The notes under the pieces are model-generated. The model was given only the letters and a program-made list of their open reading frames with translations, did not search any database and was not told the origin of the DNA. Made by a program: the position numbers and the translations under genes. Shown one piece after another: positions 42,159 through 57,018 of a stretch of 64,000 bases of DNA; the first letter of the stretch is position 1; each line of letters begins with the position of its first letter. The stretch comes from Burkholderiales bacterium (GTDB lineage Bacteria > Pseudomonadota > Gammaproteobacteria > Burkholderiales > SG8-39). The stretch covers positions 824-64,823 of the forward strand of contig JAOAEA010000015.1 of NCBI GenBank assembly GCA_026417035.1, given 5' to 3'.

Positions 42159-42887
42159 ATGCTCGCACTGCAACACGTCAACCTCGCGTCGCTCGTCGAC
42201 ACCACGGTGAGCCTGGGGACGGCGTTCGCCCTCGGCAGCCTGATCGGACTGGAGCGGCAGTACCGGCAGCGGACGGCGGGGCTGCGCACCAACGTGCTCG
42301 TCTGCGTCGGCGCGGCGCTCTTCGTCGACATCGCGGTGCGCTTCCACGAGATCTACGGCGGCAGCCCGAGCGCGCTGCACGTCATCGCCTACGTCGTGTC
42401 GGGCGTCGGCTTCCTCGGGGCGGGCGTGATCATGCGCGAGGGCGGCAGCGTCCGCGGGATCAACACGGCGGCGACCCTGTGGGGCTCGGCGGCGGTCGGT
42501 TCCGCGGCCGGCGCGGACCTGCTGCTCGAGGCGATCCTCGGCGCCGCGTTCGTGCTCGGGGCCAATACCCTGCTGCGGCCCGTCGTCAACGCGATCAACC
42601 GGCAGCCGCTCGACGTGCCGTCGGTCGAGGTCACGAACACCGTCTACGTGATCGCGCGCCGCGAGCACCAGAAGGCGGCGATGGCCATGCTCGAGGCGGA
42701 GCTCGAGCGCAGCGAGTATCCGAGCCGCGAGCTGACGGTGCACGCGTTCGGCGAGGACGAAGTGGAGATCGAGGCGACGCTCGCCGCGACCTCGGTCGAG
42801 GGCGAGGCGCTCGACGCGCTGGTGGCGCGCCTGGCCGCCTCGCCGATGGTGAGCCAGGCGTTCTGGAGCCCGAGCACGAGCGAATAG
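42159..42887 (+). CDS. mgtC: MgtC/SapB family protein
   Basis: 242 aa: ...ALGSLIGLERQYRQRTAGLRTNVLVCVGAALF...GVGFLGAGVIMREGGSVRGINTAATLWGSAAVG..., with a C-terminal ACT-like domain. Confidence 0.9.
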   Translation: MLALQHVNLASLVDTTVSLGTAFALGSLIGLERQYRQRTAGLRTNVLVCVGAALFVDIAVRFHEIYGGSPSALHVIAYVVSGVGFLGAGVIMREGGSVRGINTAATLWGSAAVGSAAGADLLLEAILGAAFVLGANTLLRPVVNAINRQPLDVPSVEVTNTVYVIARREHQKAAMAMLEAELERSEYPSRELTVHAFGEDEVEIEATLAATSVEGEALDALVARLAASPMVSQAFWSPSTSE

Positions 42888-42927
42888 CACACCCGGCGCG
42901 GCGGCACCGCGCGCGGCCTCGGCGTCG

Positions 42928-43779
42928 TCAGCGGGCCTCGAGGTCTTCGGGGAGCGCGAACGCCGGGAAGCGGCGCCGCAGCTCCTCGAGGAGCGCGCGT
43001 GCCTCGGCGTCGCGGCCGGCGCGCCTCAGCTCGCGGATGCGTTCGACGTAAGCCTCCGGCGTCGCGAGCGCGGCGCCTTGCTCGCGCGCCGCATCCGGCG
43101 CGGCCTGCTCGCGCTGCGCGGGGAGCGCTGCGTCCCGTGCCGCGGCGGGGGGCGCGGCGGGCGTCACCGACGGCGCGGGTGCCGTACGTGGCGCGACGTC
43201 CCCGGCGGCCGCGGGAGCACGCCCGAGGGCGCGCGCCCCGGGCATCTCCCGCGATGCGCCTGGCGCCTCGCCCTCCCGCTCGGGCATGGTTGCCCGGCCG
43301 GGCGCGGCCTCGGGCGGCGGCGGCGTCGCGCTCGGCGCCTCGCGCGTCGCGGCGGGCGGGGGTGGCAGGGCACCCGCGGCGGCCTTGGCCGGCTCCGTCG
43401 CTTCCGGCGCGGGGGCTGCGGGGGCGCGGTCCGTCGTCGTCCCGGGCGTGGCGGGTCGGGCAGGCGGAGCGCCCTTCGGCAAGGGCCCATCGGTCACGAC
43501 CGGCGGGGGCGCTTCGATGCCGTAGTCGTAGACGAGCAGCGTGAGCGTCGCGGACACGACCAGCGTCGCCGCGACCGCGAGCGGCACCCGCCAGCGCATG
43601 AGCCAGCTGCGCGGGTGCGCGAGCGGCCAGAGCTCGCTCGGCGGCCCGGCATCGCGAGCCGCGACGGCTTCGCGCGCCCGGGCGAGGATCGCGTCGTCGA
43701 GGCGGCGCGGCGGGTCCTCGCAAGAGGCTTCGCGCCAGACGCTCGCGAGCTCGCGGTCGCGCGGGTCGGCGCCGCTCAC
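42928..43779 (-). CDS. putative anti-sigma factor (single TM, Pro/Ala-rich periplasmic region, helical C-terminus)
   Basis: The GTG at 43779 overlaps the sigma-factor stop (GTGA): (M)SGADPRDRELASVWREAS...WRVPLAVAATLVVSATLTLLV (TM)...PPPP... Assigned mainly from position and architecture. Confidence 0.65.
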   Translation of the reverse strand: MSGADPRDRELASVWREASCEDPPRRLDDAILARAREAVAARDAGPPSELWPLAHPRSWLMRWRVPLAVAATLVVSATLTLLVYDYGIEAPPPVVTDGPLPKGAPPARPATPGTTTDRAPAAPAPEATEPAKAAAGALPPPPAATREAPSATPPPPEAAPGRATMPEREGEAPGASREMPGARALGRAPAAAGDVAPRTAPAPSVTPAAPPAAARDAALPAQREQAAPDAAREQGAALATPEAYVERIRELRRAGRDAEARALLEELRRRFPAFALPEDLEAR

Positions 43780-44342
43780 CGCACGTCCTCCAGCTCGGCG
43801 CGGAGCTTCGCGAGCGCATAGCGGAGCCGGCTCTTCGCGGTCTCGAACGGCACGCCGGTCGCCGCCGCGATCTCCTCGACCGACAGCCCGCCTTCCTGCT
43901 GGAGGAGGAAGGCCTCGCGCTGGGCATCGGGCAGCGCCTCGACCGCGGCGACGATCCGCGCGGCGGCGCGCTTGCGGTCGAGCGCGCGCTCCGGGCCTTC
44001 GGCGGGATCGGCGGCGGGGTCGGGAACCGGCGCGGCCGCGTCGTCGAGGCTCGCGTGCGGCGGCCGGCGGCCGAGGCTGCGGTAGTGGTCCATGAGGCGA
44101 TTGTGCGCGATGGTGTAGAGCCAGGTGGTGAACTTGGCGCTCGGCGCGTAGCTCGCCCGGGCGCTCACGACCCGCAGCCACACGTCCTGGAACAGCTCCT
44201 CGGCCGCCGCGGCGCCGCCGCACTGCCGGCGCAGGTAACGGAAGACCGGGCCCTTGTGCCGGGCGTAGAGCCGCTCGAACGCACGCGCGTCGCCGTCGCG
44301 GTAGGCGAGCATCAGCGCCTCGTCTTCGCCGTGGGCCTCCAT
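43776..44342 (-). CDS. ECF (sigma-70 family group 4) RNA polymerase sigma factor
   Basis: Internal Met of ORF 43776..44408: MEAHGEDEALMLAYRDGDARAFERLYARHKGPVFRYLRR...AEELFQDVWLRVV...TWLYTIAHNRLMDHYR...LPDAQREAFLLQQEGGLSVEEIAAATGVPFETAKSRLRYALAKLR. Confidence 0.9.
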   Translation of the reverse strand: MEAHGEDEALMLAYRDGDARAFERLYARHKGPVFRYLRRQCGGAAAAEELFQDVWLRVVSARASYAPSAKFTTWLYTIAHNRLMDHYRSLGRRPPHASLDDAAAPVPDPAADPAEGPERALDRKRAAARIVAAVEALPDAQREAFLLQQEGGLSVEEIAAATGVPFETAKSRLRYALAKLRAELEDVR

Positions 44343-44510
44343 GGCGCGAGTGTAGCGGCCCGCAACCGCGCGGCGACCCGGCTTGCGCCTGAGTGTGAAC
44401 GCCGCCACGGTCGAGGCGGGGTCGGCGGGGGCGCGCTCGCGCGGGGCGCCGGCCGTGCGCTACCATCCGAAGGTGGTCCGCGCCATGACGCGGGCATCGC
44501 GAGCCATGCC

Positions 44511-45035
44511 ATGCGCCTGCACCAGCTCAAGGTCGAATACGTCGCCGCGGAGGATCGGCTCCTCGTCCGCATCTCGACGAGCTCCAACGAGGAGGTGATG
44601 CTCTGGCTCACGCGGCGCGCCGCGCTGCGCCTTTGGCCGGTGCTGCTCTCGATGGCGCAGGCCAAGCCCGAGATCGTCACCCAGCCGAGCCCCGAGGCGC
44701 GGCGCGCGCTGGTCGGCTTCGAGCACGAGAAGGCGGTCGCCAAGGCCGACTTCTCGAAGCCCTACGAGCAGCAGCCCGAACGCGCGCGCCCGCTCGGCGA
44801 GGCGCCGATCCTCGTCGGCCGGATCGAGCCGCGCCGCGACCCGGAAGGGCGGCCCGTGCTCGGGCTGCTCCCGGCGCAGGGCCAGGGGATCTTCATCACC
44901 CTCGACGACCGCCTGCTGCACGGCTTCATGCGGCTCCTGCAGAACGCGGTCGCGCGCGCGGAGTGGGGCTTCAAGCTCGCCGTCCCGGGCGCGGAGGCCG
45001 TGGCCGCCGACGCCGCGCCGAAAACGATCAACTGA
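44511..45035 (+). CDS. hypothetical protein
   Basis: Internal ATG of ORF 44055..45035: MRLHQLKVEYVAAEDRLLVRISTSSNEEVMLWLTRRAALRLWPVLL... Composition is protein-like but I do not recognise a family. Divergent from the ECF sigma gene. Confidence 0.55.
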   Translation: MRLHQLKVEYVAAEDRLLVRISTSSNEEVMLWLTRRAALRLWPVLLSMAQAKPEIVTQPSPEARRALVGFEHEKAVAKADFSKPYEQQPERARPLGEAPILVGRIEPRRDPEGRPVLGLLPAQGQGIFITLDDRLLHGFMRLLQNAVARAEWGFKLAVPGAEAVAADAAPKTIN

Positions 45036-45078
45036 GGACCGCGCCTGCGCGCCCTCCGGGTGCGGTCCCGGCGGCCCC

Positions 45079-46992
<1,914 letters not shown>

Positions 46993-47013
46993 GGGCGCTG
47001 CCGAAGGGGCGCG

Positions 47014-47019
47014 ATTATA
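47014..47019 (-). promoter_or_regulatory. candidate -10 (TATAAT) for yheS
   Basis: attata on the + strand is TATAAT on the - strand, 22 nt upstream of the ATG, so the leader would be very short. Confidence 0.35.
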
Positions 47020-47052
47020 GGCGCGCCCCGTGCCGGGCGACGGCCTCCCGTC

Positions 47053-47061
47053 TGCTATACT
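47053..47061 (+). promoter_or_regulatory. candidate extended -10 (TGcTATACT) for rhlE
   Basis: tgctatact is the same 9-mer as upstream of glnB. It lies about 130 nt upstream of the proposed rhlE start. Confidence 0.35.
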
Positions 47062-47188
47062 CCACGCCTGTTTCAGCGGCATCCCCGCCGGCCTTCCGCA
47101 ACCTCCCCTTGAACCCTTCGTCGAGCGAGCGCGCCGGGGCGGCCGGAAGGGCCCCCGGGCTCCCGCCGCGCCACGAAGGATTCGCTGC

Positions 47189-48597
<1,409 letters not shown>

Positions 48598-48598
<1 letters not shown>

Positions 48599-48687
48599 GG
48601 ATTCAGGAGTGAGGACCGAGGATCGAGGATTGGGCTCTCAATCCCAGATCCCGAATCCCGAATCCTGAATCCTGAATCCTGAATCCT
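48598..48687. repeat. inverted arrays of RGGAYYS heptamers filling the rhlE/SDR convergent gap
   Basis: Left arm AGGATTC AGGAGTG AGGACCG AGGATCG AGGATTG. Centre ggctct. Right arm caatccc agatccc gaatccc (gaatcct)x4. It runs exactly from the rhlE stop to the SDR stop. Confidence 0.85.
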
Positions 48688-49448
48688 CAAACACACCTCC
48701 CCCCGTCCACCTCGAGGCAGGCGCCGGTCACGAACGCGGCCTCGTCGGAAGCGAGGAAGAGGGCCGCATTGGCGATGTCGAGCGGCGTCGAGAAGCGCCC
48801 GAGCGGGATGGTCGCGAGGAACTTCGCCAGCACTTCTGGCGTGAGCGGCCCGCCCGCGAACTCCGCCGAGAGCGCCGTCCTGTCGCTGAACACCGGGTTG
48901 ATGCAGTTCACCCGAATGCGGTCGGGGCCCAGCTCGGCCGCCATCGACTTCGACATCGTGATCACGGCGCCCTTGGAGCTGTTGTAGACGGTGAGCCCGG
49001 GCCGCGGCCGCACGCCCGCGGTCGACGCGATGTTCACGAAACTTCCGCCGCCCTGCCGGCGGAAGACCGGCACCGCGTGCTGCGCGGAGAGGTAGACGGA
49101 CTTCACGTTGACCGCGTACACGCGGTCGAACTCCGCCTCGGTCACCTCGAGGAGCGGCTTGTTGCGGTGGGTCCACCCGGCGTTGTTCACCACCGTGTCG
49201 ATGCGGCCGAACGCCGTCACCGCGCCGTCGACGAGCGCGGCCCAGTCCGCGCCCGCGCAGACGTCGCCGCGCAGCGCGAGCGCGCGCCCGCCCGCCCCGC
49301 GGATCGCCGCCGCCACGCGCTCGGCGGCGCCGCCGTCGATGTCGTTCACGACGACGGCCGCGCCTTCCTCGGCGAAGCGCCGGGCGATGCCCTCGCCGAA
49401 TCCCGATCCCGCGCCGGTGACGATCGCAACCTTGTCCCTGAGCCGCAC
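48687..49448 (-). CDS. short-chain dehydrogenase/reductase (FabG-like)
   Basis: 253 aa: KVAIVTGAGSGFGEGIARRFAEEGA..., NNAG, ...YNSSKGAVITMSKSMA... Confidence 0.9.
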   Translation of the reverse strand: MRLRDKVAIVTGAGSGFGEGIARRFAEEGAAVVVNDIDGGAAERVAAAIRGAGGRALALRGDVCAGADWAALVDGAVTAFGRIDTVVNNAGWTHRNKPLLEVTEAEFDRVYAVNVKSVYLSAQHAVPVFRRQGGGSFVNIASTAGVRPRPGLTVYNSSKGAVITMSKSMAAELGPDRIRVNCINPVFSDRTALSAEFAGGPLTPEVLAKFLATIPLGRFSTPLDIANAALFLASDEAAFVTGACLEVDGGRCV

Positions 49449-49495
49449 CGCGCCTGCCTCCTTCCCGCCGCAGCCGGGTCGCGGCCGGGCGGCCG

Positions 49496-49501
49496 ATTAT
49501 C
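49496..49501 (-). promoter_or_regulatory. candidate -10 (GATAAT) for the SDR gene
   Basis: attatc on the + strand is GATAAT on the - strand, about 48 nt upstream of the start. Confidence 0.3.
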
Positions 49502-49540
49502 CGCGCCGCCGTCGCGCAGGGTCAACGCGCGATGCGCCGT

Positions 49541-50479
49541 TCAAGCGGCGGCGCGCCGGGCGCGGCGCTCCGCCACCGCGCCGGCGATGAATGCCGCGAG
49601 GTCGGCTGCGAACCGGGCCGGCGCCTCGCGGTGGGGCGAATGCCCAGCGCCCGGATACGTGAGGCCGCGGAAATCGGCGATCGCGGCGGCGTAGTAGCGC
49701 GTGAGCGGGACGCGCGCGTAGAGCGGGCTCGCGCCGCCGAACACGCCGAGCACCGGCACGTCGATCCGCGCCAGCACCTCGCGATGGTCGGCGGCGAGGA
49801 CCGTCTCGAGGATGCGCGCGAGCGACCGCATGTTGCGGCGTGCGCAGGCGTCGCGCTCGGCCGCAGCGGCGCGCGGTTCTTCGGGCACGTCCTTGCAGGC
49901 GACGGCGAGGGCGCGCAACGCAAGCCCCCCCGCGTCGGCGCCGAGCGCGGCGGCGAGCCGCAAGCTCCGCGCGAGGAGCGCCGCGCCGCGCACGCCGAAC
50001 CGCCAGCCGCGCGACGCGACGAGGCAGGGCGAGTGATCGACGAGGCACAAGGCCGCGACGCGCGCGCTGCCGAACCGCCGCAAGTGTTCGAGCGCCACGG
50101 CGGCGCCCATCGAGTGGCCGACGACGACCGCGTCGCGCAGCCCGAAGTGGCTGATCAGGTTATCGAGGTCGCGCGCCATGCGAGCGATGCCCGGCTCGTC
50201 CGTGCCCCGGCGTTCGAGCGGCCCGTGCGAGCGTGCTTCCCAGGCGAAGACTTCATGGGATTGCGCGAGGATGCGCGCCGCCTCCGCCCAGTCGCGGTGG
50301 GAGCAGGTGAGCCCGTGGAGCAGGAGCACCGGCCGGCCCGCGCCGAGCCGCCAGACGCGGATCGGCTCGCCGTCGTCGGCGACGAAGTCCGCCATCGCCG
50401 GGGCCGCCGCCGGCGCGGCGCCGCGCGCCGCGTCGTGCGCTGCTGCGAAGCCCTCTAGGGCGGCGGTCCCGGCGAGCAT
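49541..50479 (-). CDS. alpha/beta-fold hydrolase
   Basis: Internal Met (SD ggagg) of ORF 49541..50608: ...PVLLLHGLTCSHRDW...VVVGHSMGAAVALE (nucleophile elbow GHSMG)...GAGHSPH. Confidence 0.8.
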   Translation of the reverse strand: MLAGTAALEGFAAAHDAARGAAPAAAPAMADFVADDGEPIRVWRLGAGRPVLLLHGLTCSHRDWAEAARILAQSHEVFAWEARSHGPLERRGTDEPGIARMARDLDNLISHFGLRDAVVVGHSMGAAVALEHLRRFGSARVAALCLVDHSPCLVASRGWRFGVRGAALLARSLRLAAALGADAGGLALRALAVACKDVPEEPRAAAAERDACARRNMRSLARILETVLAADHREVLARIDVPVLGVFGGASPLYARVPLTRYYAAAIADFRGLTYPGAGHSPHREAPARFAADLAAFIAGAVAERRARRAAA

Positions 50480-50670
50480 CTTGTCCTCCGCGTCTTCTCC
50501 CGTGCTGCGATCGCAGGCTACCGGGCGCCGGCCGGCGGAAGCCGGCATTGATGACGCGCATTCTGTGAAGTGTTCACCGGCGCGGAACGGCGGGACGCGG
50601 CCGAGCACGCCGCGAGGGCGAGCGTGTAAGCTCGCGGCTTCCCGACAACCCGCTCAAGAAAGAAGCGCCG

Positions 50671-51219
50671 ATGAACCTCGACCGCGTCACCTCGGGCAAG
50701 GACATCCCCAACGACTTCAACGTGATCATCGAGATCCCGATGCACTCCGCGCCGATCAAGTACGAGGTCGACAAGGAGACCGGGGCGATGTTCGTCGACC
50801 GCTTCCTCTCGACGGCGATGTTCTACCCGTGCAACTACGGCTACATCCCGCACACCCTCTCCGGGGACGGCGACCCGGTGGACGTGCTGGTGATGGCGCC
50901 GGTGCCGATCGTGACCGGCGCGGTGGTGCGCTGCCGGCCGGTGGGGCTGTTGAAGATGGAGGACGAGGCCGGCGACGACACCAAACTCCTCGCGGTGCCG
51001 ATCGACAAGCTCTCGGGCCTCTACCGCGACATCGAGACGCCGCGCGACCTCCCCGAGGCGCAGCTCGCCTCGATCGCGCATTTCTTCCAGCACTACAAGG
51101 ACCTGGAGCGCGGGAAGTGGGTGAAGGTGATCGGCTGGGTCGGCCCGGACGAGGCCAAGAAGGAGATCCTCGACGGCATCGCCGGTTTCAAACGGGCGAA
51201 GCGCAAGCCGAAGTTCTGA
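50671..51219 (+). CDS. ppa: soluble inorganic pyrophosphatase (family I)
   Basis: 182 aa: ...[30 protein letters not shown]...[23 protein letters not shown]... Confidence 0.95.
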   Translation: MNLDRVTSGKDIPNDFNVIIEIPMHSAPIKYEVDKETGAMFVDRFLSTAMFYPCNYGYIPHTLSGDGDPVDVLVMAPVPIVTGAVVRCRPVGLLKMEDEAGDDTKLLAVPIDKLSGLYRDIETPRDLPEAQLASIAHFFQHYKDLERGKWVKVIGWVGPDEAKKEILDGIAGFKRAKRKPKF

Positions 51220-51223
51220 AGGC

Positions 51224-51329
51224 GGGATCGGGGACGCGGGATTCAGGATCTGGGACCCGGGATCCACGCTCCACGACTCGCAGCATCAGCTCGCTTGACC
51301 CCGACCCCGGAAGCCTGACTCGTGGCTCC
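51224..51329. repeat. RGGAYYS heptamer array with a degenerate inverted arm filling the ppa/GNAT convergent gap
   Basis: GGGATCG GGGACGC GGGATTC AGGATCT GGGACCC GGGATCC (51224-51265). The distal part, ...gaccccgaccccggaagcc...ggctcct, is the degenerate complement. Confidence 0.7.
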
Positions 51330-53554
<2,225 letters not shown>

Positions 53555-53558
53555 CGGC

Positions 53559-53599
53559 CGGATCGGGGATCGCGCTCTCGATCCTCGGTCCCGACTCCT
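53559..53599. repeat. RGGAYYS heptamer hairpin filling the glnB/smrA convergent gap
   Basis: cGGATCG GGGATCG, centre cgctct, then cgatcc t cggtccc gactcct. This gives a hairpin of about 12 pairs (including two G-U) around the same GCTCT-type centre as at 48633-48638. Confidence 0.75.
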
Positions 53600-54156
53600 C
53601 AGAGCCGGCCTCGCAGCAGCACCAGGACCGCGCCGCCGCCGCCTTGCGCCGGCGGGGCCTGGCAGAAGGCGAGAACCTCCTCGCGCATCGCGAGCCAGGC
53701 CCGTACCTTCCCCTTCAGCACCGGTTCGCGGTTCCTCGAGCCGAGCCCCTTGCCGTGGATCACGCGCACGCAGCGGTGGCCGGCGCGCGCGCACGCCTTC
53801 ATGAAGGCGGCGAGCGCTGCGCGAGCCTCGATGCGTGTCATGCCGTGCAGGTCGAGCTCGTCCTGCACCACCCAGCGCCCGCGCCGCAACTGCTTCACCA
53901 CGTGGCCGGAGACCCCGGGCCGCACGAAGTGCGCCTCCTCGCCGGTCGCGAGCGCGGCTTCCGCGTCGAGCGGCCCGGCGAGGCTTTCGGCGAGCGCCTC
54001 GTGCTCGTCGAGCAGCGACTGCACCGGCACCGGCGGCATCGGGAGGTGGCGGGTGACGCGGATCGCGGAGGCGTCGAGCGGCACGGCGTCGCGCACGGCT
54101 TCGCGGAAGAGGGCGACGTCCTCGGGATCGACCTCGCGGCGCTTCTCGCGCGGCAT
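53599..54156 (-). CDS. smrA: Smr (MutS2-like endonuclease) domain protein, SmrA/YdaL-like
   Basis: 185 aa: ...DELDLHGMTRIEARAALAAFMKACARAGHRCVRVIHGKGLGS...LKGKVRAWL... Confidence 0.8.
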   Translation of the reverse strand: MPREKRREVDPEDVALFREAVRDAVPLDASAIRVTRHLPMPPVPVQSLLDEHEALAESLAGPLDAEAALATGEEAHFVRPGVSGHVVKQLRRGRWVVQDELDLHGMTRIEARAALAAFMKACARAGHRCVRVIHGKGLGSRNREPVLKGKVRAWLAMREEVLAFCQAPPAQGGGGAVLVLLRGRL

Positions 54157-54182
54157 GGCGGGGCTCCCCGGGCCCGGCGCGC

Positions 54183-55226
<1,044 letters not shown>

Positions 55227-55252
55227 TCACATGAACTTCTCCAGCTAACCGC

Positions 55253-55281
55253 TTGTTTTTCAAAAAATCGCAATCTATACT
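55253..55281 (+). promoter_or_regulatory. candidate sigma70 promoter for the TpsB-like gene
   Basis: TTGTTT, 17-nt spacer, TATACT, in a locally AT-rich stretch 38 nt upstream of ATG 55319. Confidence 0.45.
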
Positions 55282-55318
55282 CGCCGCGAGGTTCCATGAC
55301 CCGGAGACGACGACCCAC

Positions 55319-56911
55319 ATGAGAACGCTGCTGCGCGCCACGGTCGCGGGGCTTGCATTGGCGCTCGCGGCGGCGTCCGGGCCGGCCGTCTCGCAGGCGC
55401 AGGCGCCCGCGGGACCGCAGTTCGACATCACCGGCTTCAAGGTGGACGGCGCGACGCTCCTCTCCGCGGGGGAGATCGACGCGGCGGTGAAGCCCTTCGT
55501 CGGCACCGCACGCACTTTCGCGGACGTGCAGGCCGCGGTCGCTGCCATCGAGAGAGCCTATGCGGCGCGGGGTTACAGCGCCGTGCAGGTGGTCGTGCCC
55601 GAGCAGCAAGTGAAGGGCGGCACGGTGGCGCTGCGCGTCGTCGAGGCGCGCCTCGGGCGGGTCACCATCGAGGGCAACCGCTTCTTCGACGAAGCCAACG
55701 TCCGCGCGAGCCTGCCGGCGCTCAAGCCCGGCGAGGCGCCCAACGTCGACGCGCTCGCGAAGAACCTGCGGCTCGCCAACGAGAACCCGGCGAAGCAGAC
55801 CACCGTCGTGCTGAAGAGCGGCGCGCAGGAGGGCGAGGTGGACGCCACGGTGCGCGTGGCCGACCAGCGCACGCAGCGCTTCAGTCTCTCGTTCGACAAC
55901 ACGGGCACGCCGCCGACGGGGCAATACCGCGTCGGCGTCGGCTACCTCAACTCGAACCTCTGGAACCGCGACCACGTCTTCGCCGCGCAGTACATCACGT
56001 CGGTCTCGAAGCCGAGCGAGGTCTCGATCGTGGCCGGGAGCTACAAGATCCCGATCTATTCGCTCGGCGATTCGGTCGAGCTGTTCGCCGCCTACTCGGA
56101 CGTCAACTCGGGCGTGGTGCAGGGCCTTTTCAACGTGGCCGGGAAAGGCACGGTCGTCTCGGCGCGGTACAACTGGAACCTGCCGCGCTTCCGTTCGCTC
56201 GAGAACCGCGTCTCCTTCGGCGCCGACTGGAAGAAGTACGACAGCCGCGTGATCCCGATCGGCAGCGGCGTGAGCCTCGTGCCCGATGTCACCGTCCGCC
56301 CGCTGAGCGCGGTGTACTCGGGAACCTGGCGGGGCGAAGCGATGGAGGCCGGGGCGTACGGCGGCTACTTCCGCAACATCCCGGGTGGCTCGGACGGCGA
56401 CCAGGCGACCTTCGACCGGGTGCGCCCCGGCGCGACTGCCGACTACTACATCTGGCGCGCGGGCGCGAACTTCCTCTGGGCGCTGCCCGCCGACTTCCAG
56501 TTCCGCGCGCGCGGCGCGTGGCAGTACACCCGCGACATGCTGGTCCCCGGCGAGCAGTTCGGCATCGGCGGCATCGACTCGGTGCTCGGCTTCTACGAGC
56601 GCGAGGTGGTCGGCGACCGCGGCTACCAGGGGGCGGTCGAGCTCTACTCGCCGGACGTCGGCAACCGCATCCCGGTGGCGGGCCTGCGCATCCGCGCGCT
56701 CGGCTTCTACGACTGGGGTGCCGTCACGCGCAACAACGCGGTCTTCCCCGAGATCCCGCGGCAGGGCATCTCGAGCGCGGGCCTCGGCATCCGCGTCGGC
56801 TACCGCAACAACGTGAGCCTGCGCTTCGACTACGCGTGGGTGCTGCAGGACGCGGCGACGAGCCCGTTCGGCGAGAAGCGCGCGAATTTCGTCGCGGTCT
56901 TCGCGTATTGA
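55319..56911 (+). CDS. ShlB/FhaC/HecB-family two-partner-secretion outer-membrane transporter (TpsB)
   Basis: 530 aa, internal ATG of ORF 55253..56911: signal MRTLLRATVAGLALALAAASGPAVSQA; POTRA region FDITGFKVDGATLLSAGEIDAAVKPFVG...VALRVVEARLGRVTIEGNRFF; beta-barrel ending ...RANFVAVFAY. Confidence 0.85.
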   Translation: MRTLLRATVAGLALALAAASGPAVSQAQAPAGPQFDITGFKVDGATLLSAGEIDAAVKPFVGTARTFADVQAAVAAIERAYAARGYSAVQVVVPEQQVKGGTVALRVVEARLGRVTIEGNRFFDEANVRASLPALKPGEAPNVDALAKNLRLANENPAKQTTVVLKSGAQEGEVDATVRVADQRTQRFSLSFDNTGTPPTGQYRVGVGYLNSNLWNRDHVFAAQYITSVSKPSEVSIVAGSYKIPIYSLGDSVELFAAYSDVNSGVVQGLFNVAGKGTVVSARYNWNLPRFRSLENRVSFGADWKKYDSRVIPIGSGVSLVPDVTVRPLSAVYSGTWRGEAMEAGAYGGYFRNIPGGSDGDQATFDRVRPGATADYYIWRAGANFLWALPADFQFRARGAWQYTRDMLVPGEQFGIGGIDSVLGFYEREVVGDRGYQGAVELYSPDVGNRIPVAGLRIRALGFYDWGAVTRNNAVFPEIPRQGISSAGLGIRVGYRNNVSLRFDYAWVLQDAATSPFGEKRANFVAVFAY

Positions 56912-57018
56912 CCGGGCGGCGCACGGCGCGCAAGAGATTGCAGAGGCTGGGCGGTCGGTCCGTGGCGGGATCGATCTGTTAACATTCGAAGGAACGAAGT
57001 TTGCTTCCGGGAGGGCGT

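Noticed and set aside
39149-42331. 1060-aa antisense ORF opposite mgtA. Similar giant antisense or off-frame ORFs occur at 57040..60375, 21317..23428, 21358..25755, 29927..32890, 30832..33342, 5053..7737 and 11169..12989.
   Set aside because: Each overlaps a gene with unambiguous family motifs on the other strand or frame. The translations are dominated by R/A/G/P/D/E runs, which marks them as GC3-driven open frames rather than genes.
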